Positions 57,904-64,000 of a DNA stretch of 64,000 nucleotides are shown piece after piece. The DNA lies in the IMG/VR virus record IMGVR_UViG_3300018080_006410. One strand, given 5' to 3'. A program made the translations under genes and the position numbers. Origin of the DNA: an uncultured virus (IMG/VR IMGVR_UViG_3300018080_006410) (Duplodnaviria; Heunggongvirae; Uroviricota; Caudoviricetes). Under the pieces are notes generated by a model. The model was not told the origin of the DNA and made no database searches. It saw only the letters and a list, made by a program, of their open reading frames with translations. The number at the start of each line of letters is the position of its first letter. The stretch's first letter is position 1.

Positions 57904-58530
57904 ATTTCGCTGGCTTCCGGCCTTCGGGAGGCCGTCCCTGAGGATGGCCCTTTCCGATTCGTGGCGTCGTCCGGTCGTCGCCTCGAAGCCGTAGGCTTCG
58001 CTTCTTCTTCCGTGGCTCGTCCGGTTCCGCAAGGTCCTCTCGGTGCCCTTCCGGACTCCCCCTCCTGAGCAGCTTGCCGCATCTCGGGCACGGCCCCGGG
58101 ACGTTGATCTCGTCATGGTCCGCGTCGTCGCAGTCCCATCCGCGCTCGTGGCACCTCCTATGGAACCTTCCTGTCACGTCGCCCTCCCGATCTTCTCGTC
58201 AGTGGCCCAGACGTCCCCCTCCTTCGCCACGACCCTCTCAAAGCTCTCCCCTTGGCATCTCGGGCAGATGATCGGGGGTTCCTTCCCGGCCGCAGTTCTT
58301 GCATCTCCATGCCGTTAGTCTCTTCATCATGGTCTCGTCCCTGACTCCGACGAAGCCCGTCTCGACGGCCTCGCTCCCGAGCGTCACGCTTTTACATTCC
58401 GGACAGCACATCCATCTATCTCCCGCTTCATCCTTGAAGGTCCCCTGCTCGTCCGTATTCCCCGACCATCCGCGGCTGTGGCATGTCAGCAAGGTCATGA
58501 TCGGCGGGAAGGTCGGCCTCATGATCTTGC

Positions 58531-58902
58531 TCATGGCATCGCCTCCTCCCTGAGAACCTGGACCTCCCCGGGCCTGAGCCCCGGGATGGTCCTCTCAATC
58601 GCCTTCCTGTGGCACGCCGGGCACCGGGCCGGCCAGGTCGACTGGTCGTGCTCCCACGGAGCCCCCTCCCATCCGCAGGCCTCGCAGATGGAGACCCCGG
58701 GCAGGCCGTCGATCACCAGCAGCTCCTCGGTCGTGGCGACGACGACCCCCTCGTCATCGAACTGGATCGAGAGCGCGACATTCGGCAGCCCGCACTCGGG
58801 GCACGGTCGCCCCCTGCTTCCGTCCGGGGCCGCGACCAGGACCTGGTCGACCTGCTCGTCGACTCCGTGCCAGCCGCATTCGGTGCATCTCGCGAGGATC
58901 AT
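58531..58902 (-). CDS. Double Zn-ribbon protein
   Basis: MILARCTECGW...CPECG...CEACGW...CPAC; PGEVQV tail. Confidence 0.65.
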   Translation of the reverse strand: MILARCTECGWHGVDEQVDQVLVAAPDGSRGRPCPECGLPNVALSIQFDDEGVVVATTEELLVIDGLPGVSICEACGWEGAPWEHDQSTWPARCPACHRKAIERTIPGLRPGEVQVLREEAMP

Positions 58903-59261
58903 GACCCCGGCCCCTCCCTCGGCTCGTCGGGCGGGGCCTTCATCCTCGCCTCCGCCTTGGCGTTCAAGGCTCGCAGGTGCTCGTCCTTCTCCTCGTCGGT
59001 CATCAGGCACTCCCAGTCTCCGTCCTCCTGGAGAGCGAAGCCCACGGCGATGGAGCTGCGGTCCCTCACGCCCACCAGGATCATGGCCACCCTGTCGTCG
59101 GACCTGGCGACGTCCTTGCTCACCCCCACCGGCGGGAATGACTCCCAGAGTCCGTCCTCGCACTCCAGAGGCTCCCTCGCCAGGACGCCCACCACAAAGT
59201 AGTCCATGCTCTCCACGTGGGAGAAGGCCACGTTCAGGCTCCACTTGTTCGTCTTCAGCAC
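58899..59261 (-). CDS. Hypothetical protein
   Basis: 120-aa ORF coupled to neighbours. Confidence 0.55.
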   Translation of the reverse strand: MLKTNKWSLNVAFSHVESMDYFVVGVLAREPLECEDGLWESFPPVGVSKDVARSDDRVAMILVGVRDRSSIAVGFALQEDGDWECLMTDEEKDEHLRALNAKAEARMKAPPDEPREGPGS

Positions 59262-59778
59262 GGCTCCCTCCTCTCGTCGTCCGCCACCTGGACGTCGCCC
59301 TGCTCGTCCAGCGCCCCCACGTCCCTCTCGTCAAACAGCACGACGTCCCCAAGCCGCATCTCCACCACGTGCCTGGACAGCTCCCACCCGCATCTCGGGC
59401 AGCGACTGACCGTCAGCACCACGTACTCCTCAGTCATGTCGTCACCTCCTCGAAGCAGGCGACCACGACCCCGTCGCCTCCTCGGGCCAGCCCTGCGGCC
59501 CCTGGACTCCGACTTGTCTCATGGCTCGACCTTCTCGTCCTCGGCCACCACGTCCGTCGAGTCGTCCATCCTCTCATGACACCTTCGGCAGCGCGTCGTT
59601 CTCCTGACGGTGTCGCCATCCCCGACGGTCTCCTCGGTGGTCCAGTCGTGCGGCTCCGGCGTTTTGCATCTCGCCGGATCATGGGCCATGGTGGTGCCGC
59701 ACTTCGGGCAGCCCTGGCACGGGCTTGGCGGCATCGAGCCCCACATCTTCCTGTTCCCGCATCTGCACCTGTAGTGCC

Positions 59779-60513
59779 TCACGGCTCCCTCCTCTCCCGC
59801 TCGGCGAGGACGGCCCCGTCGAGCATCCTGTCCTTCGCCCTCCCTTCGAGGAGCCTGTCGTAGGCCCCCATCACGTCGGCCCAGGAGGGGTCCCGGGTCG
59901 TCCCTCCGGCAGGGAACGCCTCGACGTCCGGCATGGCGTCCTCCGCCCTCTCCTTCCTGGCCCAGACCTCGCCGTCGTCCACCCTGACGGCCTCCCCGAC
60001 TCCCCATCCGCACTCCGGGCACTCCCAGCCCCTCGGCCCCCTCTCCCTCATGTCCCTCTCGAAGTCCCCCTGCCACCCGCACCCGTTGCAGATGGTGACC
60101 CAGCCTCTGGCCTCGATCCGCTCACCCCACACCTCATCTCCCCCGTCCTCGTAGACCTCCACCTCCCCGTCCTCGAACACCTCGACCTCCCCGGGGTGGT
60201 CCACTATCCACTGCAACGCGCACCCGGAGCCGCACTCCGGGCATTTGCTCCCTTCCCACTCCTTCGAGCTGGCCTCGTGGTTGCATCTGGAGCACCTCGT
60301 CATGGAGACCGCCTCGATCTCCTCGTCCCCTCCGTCTCTCATGTCCCGCTCCCTCTCCTCGTCCTTCGTCTCGTCCGTCGCCACGACGTCCGGCTCGAAC
60401 ATGATCGAGAGCCCGACGACGGGCCTCCCGCATCTCGGGCACTCGACCAGCTCCTTCGAGCAATGCTCGTCGACCCCCCTCCACCCGCACTTGGCGCATC
60501 TGGCCAGGATCAC
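59779..60513 (-). CDS. Triple Zn-ribbon protein, paralogue of 58531-58902
   Basis: ILARCAKCGW...CPRC; CSRC...CPEC; CNGCGW...CPEC. Confidence 0.65.
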   Translation of the reverse strand: MILARCAKCGWRGVDEHCSKELVECPRCGRPVVGLSIMFEPDVVATDETKDEERERDMRDGGDEEIEAVSMTRCSRCNHEASSKEWEGSKCPECGSGCALQWIVDHPGEVEVFEDGEVEVYEDGGDEVWGERIEARGWVTICNGCGWQGDFERDMRERGPRGWECPECGWGVGEAVRVDDGEVWARKERAEDAMPDVEAFPAGGTTRDPSWADVMGAYDRLLEGRAKDRMLDGAVLAERERREP

Positions 60514-60941
60514 GGCCCGGCCCTCTCGTCGTCGGCCGCCACGACGTCGCCCGGCTCCGGGGCCCGGCTTCCCTCCAGGAGGAACTCCCCGCCGTCCGGC
60601 CCGTAGCTCGCGCCCATGGCCCCCTGCGGGGCCGGGGTGACCCCGGACCGGTGCGGCCCGATCTCGCCCTCCCCCACCCATCGCATGACGCTGGCCGGGC
60701 AGGAGGACATCATGCCCCCGACGGCGTCCAGAACGGCCTCACGGTCCCCGAGGGCCAGGACGTTGGCCACGCCCCCGAAGTAGTGCCAGTCGATCCCGCT
60801 GCCCTTCGGCAGCCTTCTCCTGACGCTGACGATCCAGGCCTCGAAGTCCTCCGCCCGGCATTCGGCGGTGCCCGTGTCGCAGGCCATGATGCTCCGGCCC
60901 TTCCTGAAGACCTCCCGGTCGCATGGCGGCGGCCTGCTCAT
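60510..60941 (-). CDS. Hypothetical protein
   Basis: IDWHYFGGVANVLALGD; PGDVVAADDE tail. Confidence 0.6.
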   Translation of the reverse strand: MSRPPPCDREVFRKGRSIMACDTGTAECRAEDFEAWIVSVRRRLPKGSGIDWHYFGGVANVLALGDREAVLDAVGGMMSSCPASVMRWVGEGEIGPHRSGVTPAPQGAMGASYGPDGGEFLLEGSRAPEPGDVVAADDERAGP

Positions 60942-61236
60942 GTCGTCTCCTCCTTCCGCTCCTCCCAGACGCCCACGTCGGTGCCGCCCAGGTCCATGGC
61001 CACCAGCGCCCCGACCTCGTCCGTCGCGCATCTCGGGCATCGCTTCCGGGGACACGCCCGCAACGGGAGCCTCCTCAGCCTCCACGACTCGCCCAGCCAG
61101 CCGCACTCGGAGCATCTGACCAGCGAGACTATGTCCGAATCGTCGCCGAACAGGACGAGGCGCCTGGCCTTGACGTCATCGAGCCGGATGGCCGGGCAGG
61201 CCACGGTCTCGAACAGCGGAACCTCAACGCGCCTGG

Positions 61237-61341
61237 GCTTGCCGAGCCCGATCGGCCTCCGGCCCCGCCTGAGCTTGCCGAGCCCGATCGGCCTCCGGCC
61301 CCGCCTGAGCTTGCCAGGCCCGATCGGCCTCCGGCCGCGCC
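61237..61341. repeat. 36-bp tandem repeat (~3 copies)
   Basis: GCTTGCCGAGCCCGATCGGCCTCCGGCCCCGCCTGA, encoding RRGRRPIGLGKL on minus strand. Confidence 0.85.
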
Positions 61342-61440
61342 AAAGGCACGTCACCCGCCGCCATCCGGCCCGGCCGAGGACCTCGGCCTTGAGGCGGACC
61401 GCCAGGCCGACGAACCTGAGCGGGGCCATGACCCTCCACC

Positions 61441-61848
61441 TCATGACAGCACGCCTGCCAGGAGCCCGTAAACGGTATCCTCGGGCTTCTCGTCCTTGCC
61501 CGGCTCGACGCCCCAGCACTGCCTGTCGCACTCCACCACGAAGCCGTTGGTGATCCTGTGGACGACCACGGCTCCGCTCTTGTCCAGGAAGGACGGCCTC
61601 GACATGCCCTCCTTGATGTCGAGGCAGCTCTCCGTCTCTTCGGCGCAAGGCCCCTCGGGGCCCCTGAAGGCCTCGCCGTCCCTGACCCACCGCTTGAACC
61701 TGGCCGGCACCTTGGCCGCGTCGCCCTTGGCGAAGTAGCCCTCGAGGCCCTTCAGGTCCTCCGGCTTGGCGAACAGCGTCTTGCATCCGGCCCTCACCAG
61801 GACCCCGTTCATGATCGGGGCCACCGTCACCTCATGCGCGTGCTTCAT
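61441..61848 (-). CDS. Hypothetical protein
   Basis: Internal repeat IMNGVLV/ITNGFVV. Confidence 0.6.
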   Translation of the reverse strand: MKHAHEVTVAPIMNGVLVRAGCKTLFAKPEDLKGLEGYFAKGDAAKVPARFKRWVRDGEAFRGPEGPCAEETESCLDIKEGMSRPSFLDKSGAVVVHRITNGFVVECDRQCWGVEPGKDEKPEDTVYGLLAGVLS

Positions 61849-62094
61849 CTCTCGTCTCCTTCTTCTCCTCGTTTCGACTCTCGATCTCCTCGACCCTGGC
61901 CCACGCCCCCTTGGCGAAGGCCTGGATCACGTCGTCCTTTCCCTTCTCGTCATCGACATGCCTGCAGAAGACCAGGCAGCCATTCTCGACCTCGACGTAG
62001 TCCGCCTCCACGGTCTCGTAAGAGATCGCGATCGACTCGGCCATCGTCACCATGTACCTCCTCATGCCTCGTCCTCCATTCTCAGCCTTCGTCG

Positions 62095-62688
62095 TCACAC
62101 CTCATCATACGCCACGACCTCTCCGTTCTCGAACCACTCCTTGGCGACCTTCTCCTCCAGGACGTACATCCTCTCGTCCTCGACGTCGCCCGTCACGACC
62201 CTTCTCCACTTGGCTATCTCGACGGCCACGTCCCCCATCCGGCCCCCGAAGCCCCTCAGGTCGCCAAGGACCTTGTCGCGCTCGTCGTCGGTTCCGAAGA
62301 TCATCACCGACCTGACGTCGACGTCGTGGGCCTCCACGGCCGCGAACGCCTTGTTCAGCCTTTCGCTCTCGTCCGCCTCCTCGTCCATTGCGTGAACGGC
62401 CCCATGGAGAACGTTGTCGGAGGCCCTTCTCAGCGGCTCGTCCCTCTCCGTCGTCCTCTCCAGGACGTGGACGGAGCCCTTGCGGAAGCCGTCCGGGGCC
62501 TCGCTCACCGCCTCGACGACGCCCTTCTCGACCCACAGCCTCCCGACGTTCCCGCCCAGGCATCTCGGGCAGAGGGTCCGGCTCCCGTTGTTGTCGCCGG
62601 CCAGGTCGTCGTCGACCCCCCACCATCCGCAGTCGTGGCATGCGGGCACCCACTCCCTGCCCATCCTCATCTCCTCGTCCACGCCCAT
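62095..62688 (-). CDS. Zn-ribbon-containing hypothetical protein
   Basis: CHDCGW...CPRC; NGEVVAYDEV tail. Confidence 0.6.
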   Translation of the reverse strand: MGVDEEMRMGREWVPACHDCGWWGVDDDLAGDNNGSRTLCPRCLGGNVGRLWVEKGVVEAVSEAPDGFRKGSVHVLERTTERDEPLRRASDNVLHGAVHAMDEEADESERLNKAFAAVEAHDVDVRSVMIFGTDDERDKVLGDLRGFGGRMGDVAVEIAKWRRVVTGDVEDERMYVLEEKVAKEWFENGEVVAYDEV

Positions 62689-62709
62689 CTCCTCGTCGGG
62701 AGTTCCAAC

Positions 62710-63078
62710 TCACCTGACGTTCTTCTTCCCACAATGAGTTCCTCCATCCACGGGCCTCATCTCTTTCCCTCGTCTCCTTCCAACCACGAACTCGAGCATC
62801 GCGTAGTTGGCCACGTCAACAAGGAACTCGAGATTTCCAGTCTCCTCATACTCACGAAGGCGAGTCCTCAGAGCACCGACGTAGTCATATGAAGCATTTC
62901 CAAACTCCATTCCATACCGATGAGCTCCGAAAATGAGCCGGTTCCTCTGAAACTGCTCAAACTCAGAGCTCCATTGACTTTCCCGCATATCTTCAAGTGG
63001 AGGCAGACGGAGGGCGTTCCTCACCCCTCCTCGGGGACGGGTCAGCAGATGTTGCCTCAAGTGTTGGGTTACTGTCAT
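62710..63078 (-). CDS. Hypothetical protein, lower GC (possible all-alpha NTP pyrophosphatase-like)
   Basis: YEETGNLEFLVDVANYAMLEF. Confidence 0.6.
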   Translation of the reverse strand: MTVTQHLRQHLLTRPRGGVRNALRLPPLEDMRESQWSSEFEQFQRNRLIFGAHRYGMEFGNASYDYVGALRTRLREYEETGNLEFLVDVANYAMLEFVVGRRRGKEMRPVDGGTHCGKKNVR

Positions 63079-63354
63079 CTCTACCACGACTCGACTCCTC
63101 AATGGCAAGGCCCATCCTCATTTCCTCGTCCACGCCCATCACGTCCCCGTCGGGAGTTCCGCAGGCCGCCCTGGCCGCGGCCTCGTGCGCCCTCATGTTC
63201 TCATCCTCGGCCATCACGTCCCCGCTCGGCAGCCTGGCCACGACCCGCAGGCTCGTCGAGCCGCAGGCGCCGCACGCCCGCATCGCCCTGGCCAGGTCCC
63301 ACCCGACGTCGTTCGTGTCTCCCCGCCACCCGCAGGCCCCGCACTTGAAGACCG

Positions 63355-63591
63355 TCATCTCGTCCCCTCCCCGGCCGCCAGGACGTCGCCTCCGAGCACC
63401 CTCTCCAGGACGACCCGCCCCGAGCACCTCGGGCAGCGCCATCCCGTGAAGACCTGCTCGTCCAGCTCGACATGGGCCTCCTCCAGGTAGCCCTGCCAGC
63501 CGCACCTCCCGCATCGGCAGACGACGGCGTCGCCTCTCGACTCGACCTCGTCGGCCATCCTCCTGGCGAGAAACGACCTGCCGTCGGCCAT
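63355..63591 (-). CDS. Small Zn-ribbon protein
   Basis: CGRCGWQG...CPRC; GGDVLAAGE tail. Confidence 0.6.
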   Translation of the reverse strand: MADGRSFLARRMADEVESRGDAVVCRCGRCGWQGYLEEAHVELDEQVFTGWRCPRCSGRVVLERVLGGDVLAAGEGTR

Positions 63592-63592
63592 G

Positions 63593-63991
63593 TCACAGCT
63601 CCTCCCCGGCCATGGCCGAGAGCATCTTCCTGAAGCCGTCGCCATCCTTCTCGCCCCGCAGCCTGTTCACCTCCGCGCCCACTCCCTCGCTGGCCAGACC
63701 CATCTTCAGCTCCATCAACCTGAACTGCCTGACGGCGATCCTGTCCCCGTCCGGCCTCGCGAAGCCGACCAGCAGCCTCCTCGCGTCGTCGGCCCTCACC
63801 CACTCGGCCCCCCTCAGGCATTCCATCAGCTTCTCCAGGCCGCTCCGCCGGCCGTTCTCGCCCATGACCAGCACCTCGCCAGGCGGCAGGTGGCCGGCGT
63901 GCTCCATGGAGACCACCTCGACATCCAGCTCACGGTCCACCCTGAAGGAGACGCCCACCTCCGGCAGCGGCTCGTCCTTCGAGTCGGCCAC
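63593..63991 (-). CDS. Hypothetical protein (may extend past right edge)
   Basis: Open minus-strand ORF. Confidence 0.5.
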   Translation of the reverse strand: MADSKDEPLPEVGVSFRVDRELDVEVVSMEHAGHLPPGEVLVMGENGRRSGLEKLMECLRGAEWVRADDARRLLVGFARPDGDRIAVRQFRLMELKMGLASEGVGAEVNRLRGEKDGDGFRKMLSAMAGEEL

Positions 63992-64000
63992 GACCGAGTA

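Overview
GC-rich segment of a large (jumbo-type) bacteriophage or phage-like replicon. Almost all genes lie on the minus strand. Left to right it holds: two collagen-like fibre genes; a glycosyltransferase/sulfotransferase/C-type-lectin block; an i-type-lysozyme-like gene; many small hypothetical ORFs; Vsr; an intein-containing AAA ATPase; an SbcC-like half gene; NAD-dependent DNA ligase; a CobS/CobT-like AAA+VWA pair; an array of 37 canonical tRNAs covering all 20 amino acids, plus several aberrant tRNA-like RNAs (38.9-48.3 kb); and a long run of small Zn-ribbon ORFs with a dif-like site. The standout observation is that the tRNA array is split into three transcription units. Each begins with a sigma70-like promoter, a 26-29 aa leader ORF, an antiterminator strand inside that ORF, and an intrinsic terminator just before the first tRNA. 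The codons of each leader match, down to the isoacceptor, the tRNAs encoded downstream of it. This looks like ribosome-mediated attenuation that switches phage tRNA supply on when the matching host tRNAs become limiting. All calls were made by eye from the sequence; no database searches or folding programs were run.
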